Shown: one piece after another, positions 54,235 to 64,000 of the stretch | How the letters are laid out: each line of letters opens with the position of its first letter | How positions within the stretch are numbered: the stretch's first letter is position 1 | Source of the DNA: Synergistales bacterium | GTDB lineage: Bacteria; Synergistota; Synergistia; Synergistales; JAFGMB01 | DNA: 64,000 nucleotides | Reading direction: 5' to 3' | Assembly: GCA_963666205.1 (NCBI GenBank) | Contig: OY762654.1 | Location: forward strand, 1,776,752-1,840,751 | Made by a program: the position numbers and the translations under genes | Notes under the pieces: model-generated | Databases searched by the model: none | Seen by the model: the letters and a program-made list of their open reading frames with translations, nothing else | What the model was told of the DNA's origin: nothing

Positions 54235-54798
54235 CTAGAGTTCTCCCTTTTCCAGTCCTTTAAGAATATCCTCTGTTGAAAGGACCTGTGCGAAGGTTCC
54301 GTTGAGGGCTGACATGAAAGAGAAATGAACATTTGCAGCGGACAGTTTCTGATCCCTGAAGATAAGATCCCTGGTGGTGCATCCATCATCTGCAACGATG
54401 CATGGAAAACCTATATCGAAGGCAGCCCTTACAGTTGAATCTATGCACATATGTGACATGGCGCCGCAGATCACGAGCTGAACAATATTTTTTTCAAAGA
54501 TCAGGTCCACCAGGCTTGTAGCTCGGAAACTGTTGGGAAAATGTTTTTCGATAACCGGTTCTGATCCCTCTGGTTTTACACGATCATGTATTTCTGCTCC
54601 GGCGCTTCCAGGGAGAAAGAAGGTCGAACCAGGATAGGTGGATATGTGCTGAACATGGAAGCGGGACATATCTCTTTTTCGAAAATAATCCAGCAGCTTT
54701 CGGGCATTATCTGCCGCTTTTTCCATTTCAACCAGTTCCATGGATCCTCCCTCGAAATAATCTTTCTGGATATCTACGAGAACAAGACCAGTCTTCAT
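54235..54798 (-). CDS. isochorismatase-family cysteine hydrolase
   Basis: ORF track 54235..54816. The ATG at 54798 lies 7 nt after GGAGG. GLVLVDIQKDYF and ICGAMSHMCIDSTVRAA (catalytic Cys). Confidence 0.85.
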   Translation of the reverse strand: MKTGLVLVDIQKDYFEGGSMELVEMEKAADNARKLLDYFRKRDMSRFHVQHISTYPGSTFFLPGSAGAEIHDRVKPEGSEPVIEKHFPNSFRATSLVDLIFEKNIVQLVICGAMSHMCIDSTVRAAFDIGFPCIVADDGCTTRDLIFRDQKLSAANVHFSFMSALNGTFAQVLSTEDILKGLEKGEL

Positions 54799-54862
54799 GT
54801 TATTACCTCCAGTCATTTATCTTTTCCCGATGATTTCCATATCCGGGAAAGGACGAATCTTC

Positions 54863-56299
54863 TCAGAGTATTGGACTCAGGAGTTTTGCTATGCCCTGGA
54901 CCGTCTTTACCCGGATGGGTCGTTTCTCCCATTGTTCGATATCGACCTTCGTGGCTCTTGATAGATATTTCTCCTGAGCCTTCCTGAGTTCTGATATCTC
55001 TTCCTTACCGTATAGCAGCATGTTCAGTTCAAAGTTGAGGGCAAAGGAGCGGATATCAAAATTACTTGACCCGAAAAAGGCAAGATCATCATCTACAGTC
55101 ATTGTCTTTGCATGTAAAAGGTCTGGCTGGTAGAGGTATATATCTATACCTATCTCCATCAGTTTTGAGTAGTAGGCTCTGGCAGCATTACCCACCAGAA
55201 ACTGGTCAGACTTTTCAGGAACTATAAGGTCTACCTTTGCGCCATTAAGGCAGGCAACTTCCAGGGCCTGGAGAAGGCCTTCATCGGGTATCAGGTATGG
55301 AGTAGTTATGGTTACCCTTTCTCTCGCCTGGAACAGCGCAGAAGCAACAAGTCTCTGGTAGTTCTGGGTTTCATAGGCTGGACCGCTGGGAACCATCTGC
55401 AGGGGATATGTGCCACTCTCTTCTTTCGTAATATCCGCCAGGCATTGTGTCAATACCTGGTCAGTTTCCACATACCAGTCCTCAATAAAAACCCCCTGGA
55501 TCTGCTCTACGATGGGTCCGGTAACTCTCATAGTAAGATCTTTCCATTCCCTCCCCTTTCCTTTTCCTCCGTAGGAAGGTTCGATCATATTGTGAGATCC
55601 CATGTAACCTGTGGTGCAGTCGATGACGGCAAGTTTACGGTGGTTCCTGAGGTCAAACCTTGCGGTCAGGGGAGTCCTCCTCAATCGTGACAGGGGAAGG
55701 GTTCTCTGCAGATTTATTCCTGCCTTCAGAAGATCAGGTCCTTCCTTCTTCAGAAACTTTTTTGAGCCCAGTTCGTCTAAAAGAAGATAACAGTTTATGC
55801 CCCTTCCTGCGGCGTTTTTAAGTGCATCGATGAGTGGGGCGGTCACATGGTCTTTCATAAATATGTAATAGAGAAGGGTCACATTCTTCCTGGCATTATC
55901 AATATCTTTAACCAGTTTCTCAACCAGCACCTCTGTGGAATCAATAAGTTCCATCTCCCTGGCATACTGAACAGGCCAGTGACCTAATTTCTCTCCCATG
56001 TTACTTATGGATTCAAGTTTTTCTGTAAAAACAGGTTTTCGAGGGGAAGGCCACATTTTAAGGGTTTCCTTCAGTCTGTTCACTGCATTTTCGTGACGCT
56101 CCCTTCGCTTCTGGGGAAGTCTTGTGGACCCAAGGGAAAGATAAAGCAGGCCTCCGGGAAGGGGCCAGAAAAGAATTACCATCAGCCAGGTCATTGCCAC
56201 AGAAGGATTGTGTCTCAAGGGCAATACGCATATTGCTGCCAGGCGAACGGTGAAAAAGAAGATGTTGTAAAAACCAAGAACAAGAACGTTTAAAGTCAT
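54863..56299 (-). CDS. cls: cardiolipin synthase (phospholipase D superfamily, ClsB-like context)
   Basis: ORF track 54863..56341 (GTG). The ATG at 56299 avoids overlap with the upstream gene. Two HKD motifs are present, HRKLAVID and LHAKTMTVDD. Two N-terminal TM helices. Confidence 0.85.
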   Translation of the reverse strand: MTLNVLVLGFYNIFFFTVRLAAICVLPLRHNPSVAMTWLMVILFWPLPGGLLYLSLGSTRLPQKRRERHENAVNRLKETLKMWPSPRKPVFTEKLESISNMGEKLGHWPVQYAREMELIDSTEVLVEKLVKDIDNARKNVTLLYYIFMKDHVTAPLIDALKNAAGRGINCYLLLDELGSKKFLKKEGPDLLKAGINLQRTLPLSRLRRTPLTARFDLRNHRKLAVIDCTTGYMGSHNMIEPSYGGKGKGREWKDLTMRVTGPIVEQIQGVFIEDWYVETDQVLTQCLADITKEESGTYPLQMVPSGPAYETQNYQRLVASALFQARERVTITTPYLIPDEGLLQALEVACLNGAKVDLIVPEKSDQFLVGNAARAYYSKLMEIGIDIYLYQPDLLHAKTMTVDDDLAFFGSSNFDIRSFALNFELNMLLYGKEEISELRKAQEKYLSRATKVDIEQWEKRPIRVKTVQGIAKLLSPIL

Positions 56300-56309
56300 A
56301 TTAACTATC

Positions 56310-57056
56310 TCATCCTCTCCGTTTTTCAATGTTGAAATCACATACCAGGGGCAGATGATCCGAGAGATGCACCCTTGGGATCTCCATAGTCTCTATCTTC
56401 ACCTCTTTACTGGTAAGGAGGTAATCCAGCCTCAGTTTAGGCATGCGGCTCGGGAAAGTTGGTCTGGCAATGGTATCAGCATCCCTTAATCCTGTGGTTA
56501 TTGTCAGAGGGTTGAGTTCGGAATGACCATGGAGAAGGTTGAAGTCTCCCCCGAGAAGGACAGGTTTTGATAAGACCTTACATCGGCCTGCTATTTCCTG
56601 AAGCTGGGTCTTTCGTGCCCTTTTCCCGAGGGAGAGATGGGCAAGAATAACATGAAATTCGGTAAATTCAACCTCAAGGTATGTGTTCTTGATACCCCTG
56701 GAAAAGTGATGCTCTTTCGATGAAAGAATGGGCAGTCCGGAAAGAACTGCATTTCCATGAGAAGAGAGTATAGGCAGATAGTTCAGAGGAGATTTAGTCC
56801 CGTACTTATTGGAGAAGGTGTGTTCCCATCCTTTAAGAGAAGCCAGGTGACGGGCCTGGCAGTGTTTTCTGTGACGATATGATCCCCCGTCCACCTCCAG
56901 AAGACATACGATATCTGCTTGCAGGGAATCGAGAAACTCGGCTATTCGCCTTATTCTTGTGGTCGAAAAACGGAAGAAACCGGAGAAAGGAAAGGGGAAG
57001 TGGTAATTCCAGTCGCTCCCCGTGCCATAACGGATATTATAAAAAACGATCCTCAT
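56310..57056 (-). CDS. endonuclease/exonuclease/phosphatase (EEP) family protein
   Basis: ORF track 56310..57074 (GTG). An ATG at 57056 gives MRIVFYNIRYG. C-terminal LSDHLPL motif. Confidence 0.8.
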   Translation of the reverse strand: MRIVFYNIRYGTGSDWNYHFPFPFSGFFRFSTTRIRRIAEFLDSLQADIVCLLEVDGGSYRHRKHCQARHLASLKGWEHTFSNKYGTKSPLNYLPILSSHGNAVLSGLPILSSKEHHFSRGIKNTYLEVEFTEFHVILAHLSLGKRARKTQLQEIAGRCKVLSKPVLLGGDFNLLHGHSELNPLTITTGLRDADTIARPTFPSRMPKLRLDYLLTSKEVKIETMEIPRVHLSDHLPLVCDFNIEKRRG

Positions 57057-57198
57057 ATTATTTGCCCTTTCCACATCTACAGATATGCATCCAGGTCATT
57101 CGTCATCTTTGTAAAGTATGCAGTCTTATCTGTAATATGACAAGATATTTGTCTTGAGAAAGGACAGATTCTCCCCGGAATTGAATAAAATTAAGAAT

Positions 57199-58386
57199 TT
57201 ATTCGTTTCCCCATCTTCGAAGGATAATAATAACGTTAAAAAAAGGAAAGATCAGTACAATAGAAAAGGCATAAAGAAGCCCCTGGCGGTCTACTACCAT
57301 CCCCACAAGGGTCATCATCAACCCGCTGAGACCGAAGGCGACTCCCATTAGAAGAGATGTAGCTGTACTTTTTGATCCGGGAGCAAGTTCCTGTGCCCTG
57401 GCAACTAAAAGAGGAGAAGATGAAACCAGTAGTGCGTTTCCAAGCATGAACAGAATAAAGGGAATCCAGCCTTCGTAGAACAGCTCAGGGAAAAGCAGCA
57501 GGGGTGACATACCCTGGGCGAAGAGTAATACCCTTCTTTTGCCGTAGATAAGGGCGGCCTTACCGGCCAGAAGAGGAGACATAACCTTTGCCAGCTGAAC
57601 GAAAAAAAGTGTTAAACCTACCTTTTCTATACCTCCGCCTCTGAGCACGACCAGGAGGGGCAGAAGGAACTTTATTCCGTGATTGGTTATGTCCCTGAGA
57701 AATGTAACGGTCCATACGGGCCAGATATCATGAAGGATATCCCTCACTATTTTCAGGAAGTTTTTGGATTTTCCAGGTTTATCGATCTTGCCTTTGATAG
57801 AGGGGATCAGTATCCAGAACAGAATACCAGTTGCGGTTACAGGTATTATCGGGAAAAGATTCAAAGGCAGATCTCTGAAGTGCTTGAAAAGAAAAGCTGC
57901 ATATAGGGGGCTTAGGGAGCTTCCGAGTATTCCCACCATGCTGAAAAAGGCCAGTTGCAGGGGTATCTTCTCAATATTTCCAATATATCCTACAGACCCG
58001 TGTCCCTGGGGATGAAAAACAGCGCTTCCCAGCCCCCAGATGGAGACAAGAAGCAGGGCTGTCCCATAGGATGGAGAAGATGGGATAAGCGAAGCACCAA
58101 GGGCCGTCAGGACAGGACCCCAGACTATCATAAAAGGGCGGGAACTTGCATCCGAAATAAAGCCCAATAATGGTTGAAGGAACATATTGAACAGCCCTGG
58201 CAGGGATGTAAGGATACCCGCTTGAGTTACTGAAATACCAAGGTTTTCGATCAGAAAGGGTAGAAAGGTCTGCAGAAAAGCTGTATGCAGGTCATTCAGA
58301 AAATGCTGAAGGTAAATTAATGAAAGTTTTCTTTGAGTGCCAGGGATAACGTTTTGAGAACTGATCAATATGGTCTCCTTGTTCAT
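57199..58386 (-). CDS. MFS transporter
   Basis: 395 aa with about 12 TM helices. It is the last gene of the tightly packed minus-strand operon. Confidence 0.8.
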   Translation of the reverse strand: MNKETILISSQNVIPGTQRKLSLIYLQHFLNDLHTAFLQTFLPFLIENLGISVTQAGILTSLPGLFNMFLQPLLGFISDASSRPFMIVWGPVLTALGASLIPSSPSYGTALLLVSIWGLGSAVFHPQGHGSVGYIGNIEKIPLQLAFFSMVGILGSSLSPLYAAFLFKHFRDLPLNLFPIIPVTATGILFWILIPSIKGKIDKPGKSKNFLKIVRDILHDIWPVWTVTFLRDITNHGIKFLLPLLVVLRGGGIEKVGLTLFFVQLAKVMSPLLAGKAALIYGKRRVLLFAQGMSPLLLFPELFYEGWIPFILFMLGNALLVSSSPLLVARAQELAPGSKSTATSLLMGVAFGLSGLMMTLVGMVVDRQGLLYAFSIVLIFPFFNVIIILRRWGNE

Positions 58387-58410
58387 AGGTTTTCAGAAGG
58401 TGTTGTGAAA

Positions 58411-59595
58411 TTAACTAATGCAGTCCTTTTTAATGGCTTTACTGATCCTTGTGAGACCTTCTGTTAACGTCGACCTGGGAGTTGCAATGGTCAACCTGGC
58501 AAATCCCTCTGTTACCTTGCCGAATTCTGCTCCTCTATTCATTCCTACCCTTGCTTCATGGACCAGAAAGTCCTGCAGTTTTTCTGAAGACAATCCCAGT
58601 TTTCTGAAATCTATAAGAGGGACATATGTGCCTTCAGGTTTTATGAGGTTTATCCCGGGCATATTCTTTTTCAGAAATTTTTCGGTAAAATTCAGGTTTT
58701 CTTCCAGATATTCAATCAATTCTTTCAGCCACTCTTCACCGGAACCGTAGGCAGCAGCAATTGCTTCCGAACCAAAGACGGTGACCCCTGCAAGGTGCAT
58801 GCCCGAGATAAGGCTGTTGTATCGTTCCCGGAGATGTTCATCAGGGATAACTACTATGGCCGACCGAAATCCGGCAAGGTTGAAAGTCTTGCTGGGTGAA
58901 AAACTTGTTATCGTTCTATTTCCGATATCCTCTGAAAGACTTGCTATTGGGATATGTTTATTCCCTCCATATATGATATCGGAATGAACCTCATCCGATA
59001 CAATGATGATGTTCTTTTCAAGGCAGATTTCAGCCAGTTCTGTCAGTTCTTTTTCCCGCCAGACCCTGCCTGAAGGATTATGGGGATTACAGAGGAATAA
59101 CATCCTTACCCCGGAATCCAGTTTATCTCTCAGGTCATCGAGGTCCATGGTAAAACGTCCATCATTGAGAACCAAGGTATTATCAACGATCCTTCGGCCA
59201 TTCTCTTCAATGATATGGTAGAAAGGAGAGTAGATCGGAGACTGTATCATGATCCTGTCTCCCGGTCTTGTAAGAGCAAGCATGGAAAAGACAAGGGAAG
59301 GTGTTACTCCTGGAGAGTGGCAGATCCATTCTTTCTCTATCTTCCAGCCATGGCGGCGCATCATCCAGGAGATTATTACATCATAAAAATCGTCCGGCCT
59401 GTTAGGATACCCGAAAATACCATGATCAAGCCTTTTCTGGAGCCGTTCTATCACCTCAGGGGGAGCCTGAAAATCCATATCCGCCTTCCACAGGGCCAGA
59501 ATATCAGGATCACCGAACACTTTTCCGAGATTATCCCATTTCTGACAGGCCGTATTCTTTCTGTTTATAATCCTGTCAAAGTTGTATTTCCTCAT
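58411..59595 (-). CDS. MalY/PatB family PLP-dependent C-S lyase (cystathionine beta-lyase-like)
   Basis: 394 aa. YNFDRIINRKNTACQKWD N-terminus, CNPHNPSG and SPSKTFNLAGFR (PLP lysine). Confidence 0.85.
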   Translation of the reverse strand: MRKYNFDRIINRKNTACQKWDNLGKVFGDPDILALWKADMDFQAPPEVIERLQKRLDHGIFGYPNRPDDFYDVIISWMMRRHGWKIEKEWICHSPGVTPSLVFSMLALTRPGDRIMIQSPIYSPFYHIIEENGRRIVDNTLVLNDGRFTMDLDDLRDKLDSGVRMLFLCNPHNPSGRVWREKELTELAEICLEKNIIIVSDEVHSDIIYGGNKHIPIASLSEDIGNRTITSFSPSKTFNLAGFRSAIVVIPDEHLRERYNSLISGMHLAGVTVFGSEAIAAAYGSGEEWLKELIEYLEENLNFTEKFLKKNMPGINLIKPEGTYVPLIDFRKLGLSSEKLQDFLVHEARVGMNRGAEFGKVTEGFARLTIATPRSTLTEGLTRISKAIKKDCIS

Positions 59596-59634
59596 AAACG
59601 GTGTCCCCCTTTCACAGTAATATCAATTTCTATA

Positions 59635-61011
59635 TCAATTTAAGAATTCAGTATCGCTGACACACTGTTTCCTGGAAAGAGCTATGACCGCATCAACCTG
59701 TTCAGCTGATTTGCCTATATGCTTGGTGTAGTCCATAACTGAATCAAGTTCTTCTTTTGTTAAATTTGCGCCTATTTCGGGATCTTCCAGAAGGAGTTCT
59801 CTGAATGTCTTATTGCCGGTGTTGGCCGCAAGTATGGCATCCCGGATCAGGTGATGGGCAGTCTGCTTTCCCATTTTTTCCCCGAGATGGAACATTAGGG
59901 CTTCTGAAAAGAGCATTCCGTGGAGCATGTCCAGATTCTCGCTTATCCTGGGTTCATTAATATCGAGACCTTCAACGACAACAGTACATGCCTGCAGGGC
60001 TTTTGCCATCATGATGCTGCTTTCGGGGATGGAATGCCAGTCAAGTCTCCAGCTCCGGGTGTCCCTCTCGTGTTCAGCTATCATTCCCTGAAGGCCAAGG
60101 CTGGCATTATTCATTATCACCCTGGTCATGGCTACTACGAATTCAGATGTTTCGGCATTCCTCTTATGGGGCATGGTGCTGCTGCCGACATAGTGTTTGC
60201 CCAGAGGTTCCTGAAGTTCAAGGATCTCTGTTCTGCTCAACTGGTAGATCTCATTCGCAATTCTCCCTATAGTTCCGGCAATAATGCCGAGGAGGGACTG
60301 GTATTCTGCAAAGTTATCCCTGGAACTTCCCCATCCGGTAACGGGGACTTCAAGGGCTAATCTCTCCATGACACCCTCTATAATTGGGTAGGCCTTTTCT
60401 CCCAGACCGGCCATGGTTCCTGTTCCGCCATGAAGCATTCCCACGAACAGCCTTTGACTGGTATCCTTCATCCGTTCAATATCCCGTCTGACCTCTGCGG
60501 CCCAGCCGGCGAACTTGAGTCCGAGTGTTATGGGCAGACCCTGCTGGTTATGGGTCCTGCCTGCCATGGGGAAGGCCTTGTATCGATCTGCCAGTTCCAG
60601 AATTGCCTTTTCAAGTCTGCAGAGATCTCTGAAAATGATACGGAAGGCATCCTTTATCTCAAGGACCATTCCTGTATCCTCTATATCCTGGGTAGTTGGT
60701 CCGTAATGAATATATTCACCTAGGGAACCATCGCATATCTTCTGTACTGCACGAAGAAGGGGGACCAGGGAGTGTCCTGTCTGGGCGAGACCTTCCTTCA
60801 CAAAATCCAGGTCCAGAAGTTCCACTTTGGCTTTTTTTGCGATCTCATCAGCTGCTTCTGAAGGAATTATTCCAAGCCCTGCCTGGACTTCTGCCAGTAC
60901 GATCTCGATATCCAGCCATCTCTGGTATCTTTTCCTGTCGGAAAAGACATTGCGCATCTCCTCCGTGCCCCATCCATTTTTATAAAATTCCGAATCAATA
61001 ATATGTGCCAT
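59635..61011 (-). CDS. adenylosuccinate lyase / 3-carboxymuconate cycloisomerase-like member of the aspartase-fumarase superfamily
   Basis: 458 aa. GPTTQDIEDT, MAGRTHNQQGLP and the superfamily signature GSSTMPHKRNA. Confidence 0.85.
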   Translation of the reverse strand: MAHIIDSEFYKNGWGTEEMRNVFSDRKRYQRWLDIEIVLAEVQAGLGIIPSEAADEIAKKAKVELLDLDFVKEGLAQTGHSLVPLLRAVQKICDGSLGEYIHYGPTTQDIEDTGMVLEIKDAFRIIFRDLCRLEKAILELADRYKAFPMAGRTHNQQGLPITLGLKFAGWAAEVRRDIERMKDTSQRLFVGMLHGGTGTMAGLGEKAYPIIEGVMERLALEVPVTGWGSSRDNFAEYQSLLGIIAGTIGRIANEIYQLSRTEILELQEPLGKHYVGSSTMPHKRNAETSEFVVAMTRVIMNNASLGLQGMIAEHERDTRSWRLDWHSIPESSIMMAKALQACTVVVEGLDINEPRISENLDMLHGMLFSEALMFHLGEKMGKQTAHHLIRDAILAANTGNKTFRELLLEDPEIGANLTKEELDSVMDYTKHIGKSAEQVDAVIALSRKQCVSDTEFLN

Positions 61012-61044
61012 TTTTACAACTCCTCCATGTACTTGTTTTTCTTT

Positions 61045-62409
61045 TTACAGGATGCCTGAAACTTCAGGCATGTATAGTCCTTTGTAGGTTCTCATCTGAT
61101 CCAGGGTGTAGATCCGGTTCAGGATCCTTTCCCTTTCTTCTTTTTCAAGGATTTGAGAGGTGAGTTCCGTAAACTTGTCAGTCATGGAAGTCTTGTCCAT
61201 TGGGTTCTCGGGGTCACCTTTCCTGAATCGGTTCTCAGCGCTCAGGACAGTTCCATCCTTGAGAGTTACCGAGATACCACAGGGTCTGCAGGCGGGGAAG
61301 AGTCTGTCCAGCTCCGGATCGAATATGAGTTCTATTTTTGACATAAGATCCCTGATAACAGGGTCCTGGAGATCCTTCTCCGAAAGATTGGTAAAGGTTA
61401 TATCCTTTTTTGTAATAAGGGCGGCCATGCAGAAGGGATTGCTGAATTTAGCCTCTTCAAAGGAAGAGGGGTCTGTAATTCCAGCTACATCGATGGCTTT
61501 CTGGTAAACCCTTGCTTCGATCTTTTCTATTTCTTCGGGTATCAGGTCATGGGTTTCCATGATCTTTTTCACTGCATCTATCATGCTATGGGTCTGGCCG
61601 CAGGTGGGATATCCCTTGAAATTAACTTCATCGACCTTGAAATGCGAACCCAGTCTGTCTGCCAGGTATAAAAGGTCATAACTTGGAGATACTGACCTGC
61701 AGAATCCTTTTTCGCCTTCAAAAATATGTTCCGGCCCCTCGATTCCCTGGGAAGCAAGTTCAGCGGCGATAATACCGTTAAAAACCGCTTTGCCCGGATG
61801 GAAGGCTTTTGCCATAACTGCACCATCAAGAAGAAACTGCCAGAGACCGGCAGCCTGGGTCCCGGTATGTCCAAGGGTCCAGACGATCTCCTCTTCGCTC
61901 AGTTTCAGCATTTTTGCAGCAGCAGCAGCAGCGCCGAAAGTTCCGGCTGTCGCCGTAGTGTGCCATATGGAGTAATGGTCCTTGCCAAGACATTCTCCTA
62001 CCCTGATGGCCAGATCATACGCGCAGACAGCGGCCTCGATCATCTCTTTTCCGGAGGAAGAGAGTTTTTCCGCATAGGCAAAAACCACAGGAAGGACAAC
62101 TGTTCCAATGTGCATTATGGACATCCTGTGACCGTCATCAACTTCGGTTATATGGCCCAGGCATGCATTCGCAAAGGCTGCCCAGGGAAGGGTGGTCTTT
62201 TTCCCGGAACCGATGATGGTGCTGTATCCTTCCCCGCCCATTCTGGAAGCAAAATCCAGGTATGATGTGGAAAGGTCATTCGTATATGAATTGTAGACTG
62301 CAGCAAGCCAGTCGGTAAAACAGTGCTCTGTTTTAAGTATTGTATTTTCAGGTAGTTTATCTAATTCCAGGCTTGAAATATATCTTGCAAACTGTCGGGA
62401 ATAACTCAT
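61045..62409 (-). CDS. MmgE/PrpD family protein (2-methylcitrate dehydratase-like fold, activity unassigned)
   Basis: 454 aa. Family-typical N-terminus (FARYISSLELDKLPENTI) and central TFGAAAAAAKMLKL segment. Confidence 0.8.
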   Translation of the reverse strand: MSYSRQFARYISSLELDKLPENTILKTEHCFTDWLAAVYNSYTNDLSTSYLDFASRMGGEGYSTIIGSGKKTTLPWAAFANACLGHITEVDDGHRMSIMHIGTVVLPVVFAYAEKLSSSGKEMIEAAVCAYDLAIRVGECLGKDHYSIWHTTATAGTFGAAAAAAKMLKLSEEEIVWTLGHTGTQAAGLWQFLLDGAVMAKAFHPGKAVFNGIIAAELASQGIEGPEHIFEGEKGFCRSVSPSYDLLYLADRLGSHFKVDEVNFKGYPTCGQTHSMIDAVKKIMETHDLIPEEIEKIEARVYQKAIDVAGITDPSSFEEAKFSNPFCMAALITKKDITFTNLSEKDLQDPVIRDLMSKIELIFDPELDRLFPACRPCGISVTLKDGTVLSAENRFRKGDPENPMDKTSMTDKFTELTSQILEKEERERILNRIYTLDQMRTYKGLYMPEVSGIL

Positions 62410-62425
62410 TTTGATCTCTATCCCT

Positions 62426-63808
62426 TTAACCTGGAAAGACCATTTTTTCGGGCTTCAGGTATTTATTGAATTCTTCTTCCGTCATATAGCCAAGGGCCAT
62501 AGCAGATTCCTTCAGGGTGGAACCTTCCTTATGGGCTTTTTTGGCAATCTCTGCTGCCCTGTCATAGCCGATGTGAGGGGTCAGTGCAGTTACGAGCATG
62601 AGTGATTCATTAAGGTATTTCTCAATTCTGTTCCTGTCAGCTTCTATTCCCCTGACTGCATTTTTCTCGAAGGAAGCCATTACATCAGTGAGCAGGCGAC
62701 ATGACTGAAGGAAGTTGTAAATGATCACAGGCATGAATACATTGAGCTCGAAGTTGCCCTGGCTGGCAGCCATACCGATAGCTGCATCGTTACCCATTAC
62801 CTGGACCGAAACCATTGTTACGGCTTCGCACTGGGTGGGATTTACCTTTCCAGGCATGATGGAACTGCCCGGTTCGTTGGCTGGTATGGTTATCTCCCCA
62901 AGTCCGCAGCGGGGTCCGGAGGCAAGCCAGCGGACATCGTTAGCGATCTTCATGAGGTCAGCAGCGAGTGCCTTCAGGGCTCCATGGGCAAAGACCATCT
63001 CATCCTTGCTTGTCAGGGAATGGAACTTGTTGGGAGCCGTTCGGAACTGTTTCCCAGTCAGTTCAGAAATTTCTCCGGCTACGGATGTACCGAATTCAGG
63101 ATGGGAATTCAGACCGGTTCCCACGGCTGTTCCACCAAGGGCAAGATCTTTCAGGAAATCCACACTGTTAAGGATCATTTCCCTGCTTCTCTCCAGCATC
63201 CTTACCCAGCCGCTGATCTCCTGACCAAGGGTCAGAGGGGTCGCATCCTGCAGGTGTGTCCTTCCTGTCTTTATGATGTCCGAAAATTCCAGGGACTTGT
63301 CCTGAAATGTTTTCAGGAGCCTGTCAAGAGAGGGGAGCAGTTCATCCTCAATCACCATTACAGCGGCCAGGTGCATGGCTGTTGGAAAGGTATCGTTGGA
63401 ACTCTGGGATCTGTTCACATGATCATTCGGATGGATCTGGAGATCATTTTCACATATTTCCGAAGCTCTTCTGGAAAGGACTTCGTTCATGTTCATGTTT
63501 GACTGGGTACCGCTGCCCGTCTGCCATACTGCCAGGGGGAAATTGCCATCCAGCTTTCCTTCCAGAACTTCATCAGCAGCCCTGCATATGGCATCAGCCC
63601 TTGCCTCATCGACAAGACCAAGGGACGCATTAGCTTTTGCCGCAGCTTTTTTTAGAATTGCAAAGGCCCGGATGACCTCATGAGGCATTTTTTCAATACC
63701 TATTTCGAAATTCTGCAGACTTCTCTGGGTCTGGGCTCCCCATAATTTATCCGAAGGTACCCTGATTTCTCCCATGGAATCCTTCTCAATTCTGTAATTA
63801 CCTTCCAA
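62426..63808 (-). CDS. fumC: class II fumarate hydratase
   Basis: 460 aa. TTG start 7 nt after [30 protein letters not shown]-terminus and [16 protein letters not shown] signature. Confidence 0.9.
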   Translation of the reverse strand: MEGNYRIEKDSMGEIRVPSDKLWGAQTQRSLQNFEIGIEKMPHEVIRAFAILKKAAAKANASLGLVDEARADAICRAADEVLEGKLDGNFPLAVWQTGSGTQSNMNMNEVLSRRASEICENDLQIHPNDHVNRSQSSNDTFPTAMHLAAVMVIEDELLPSLDRLLKTFQDKSLEFSDIIKTGRTHLQDATPLTLGQEISGWVRMLERSREMILNSVDFLKDLALGGTAVGTGLNSHPEFGTSVAGEISELTGKQFRTAPNKFHSLTSKDEMVFAHGALKALAADLMKIANDVRWLASGPRCGLGEITIPANEPGSSIMPGKVNPTQCEAVTMVSVQVMGNDAAIGMAASQGNFELNVFMPVIIYNFLQSCRLLTDVMASFEKNAVRGIEADRNRIEKYLNESLMLVTALTPHIGYDRAAEIAKKAHKEGSTLKESAMALGYMTEEEFNKYLKPEKMVFPG

Positions 63809-63835
63809 AATAAGTCCCTCCTTCAGATATTATCT

Positions 63836-64000
63836 TCAGATCCGTGCTGTACCAGTTTTTCTTGCGGCTTCCGCAACAGCTCTGGCAACGGCAGGGACAA
63901 CCCTTTCGTCAAGGGCTCCCGGAATAATATATTCGGCATTGAGTTCTTCATCAGAGACGAGTTCGGCAAGGGCCTTTGATGCAGCAAGTTTCATTTCCTC
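63836..64000 (-). CDS. NAD(P)-dependent malic enzyme, C-terminal end (gene runs off the right edge)
   Basis: Own minus-strand translation: EEMKLAASKALAELVSDEELNAEYIIPGALDERVVPAVARAVAEAARKTGTARI, then a stop at 63838-63836. This matches the typical malic enzyme C-terminus. The call rests on only 54 aa. Confidence 0.6.
   Translation of the reverse strand, partial: EEMKLAASKALAELVSDEELNAEYIIPGALDERVVPAVARAVAEAARKTGTARI

Noticed and set aside
1-64000. A search for CRISPR repeats, tRNA/rRNA genes, IS elements, prophage genes, toxin-antitoxin pairs or known defence systems.
   Set aside because: No regularly spaced direct repeats, no tRNA-like cloverleaf candidates in the intergenic regions, and no transposase, integrase or nuclease-helicase defence signatures were seen in any ORF. 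This was an inspection by eye, so small or degenerate elements could have been missed.

Overview
This 64-kb chromosomal window appears to come from an anaerobic bacterium that ferments amino acids and organic acids. The lineage cannot be fixed by eye. I call 63 protein-coding genes, two of them truncated at the window edges. AGGAGG-type ribosome-binding sites are strong, and TTG or GTG starts are frequent. Several ORF-track entries carry spurious N-terminal extensions, which I trimmed and noted per feature.

Reading by eye, I found no rRNA, tRNA, CRISPR array, transposase, integrase, phage gene or recognisable defence system.

Most of the window encodes uptake and catabolism:
- A TAXI-TRAP binding protein, two complete tripartite tricarboxylate transporter sets (TctCBA), a sodium:solute symporter, two MFS transporters and a TehA-type channel.
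- Seven PLP-enzyme genes.
- Two LeuCD-type hydratase pairs, an isocitrate-lyase-family lyase and a DmpG-type aldolase.
- A PrpD-family protein, an adenylosuccinate-lyase-family lyase, fumarase and malic enzyme.
- Serine dehydratase, a cysteine-desulfidase-family protein, a LarA homologue and an opine-dehydrogenase-family gene.
- Local GntR, IclR, RpiR and DUF2087 regulators.

The most unusual region is 12.4-16.6 kb. A Fur-family repressor with a Gly/Arg-rich tail faces a module of unknown function. That module holds a DUF5320 protein, two MinD-type [4Fe-4S] ATPases, a NifX-fold protein and two ferredoxins. Two of its promoters carry near-identical Fur-box operators in the same position relative to the -10 element. 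Weaker copies of the box lie inside the module and upstream of the desulfidase-family gene at 27.7 kb.

All protein-family calls rest on motifs read from the supplied translations. No database search was run.
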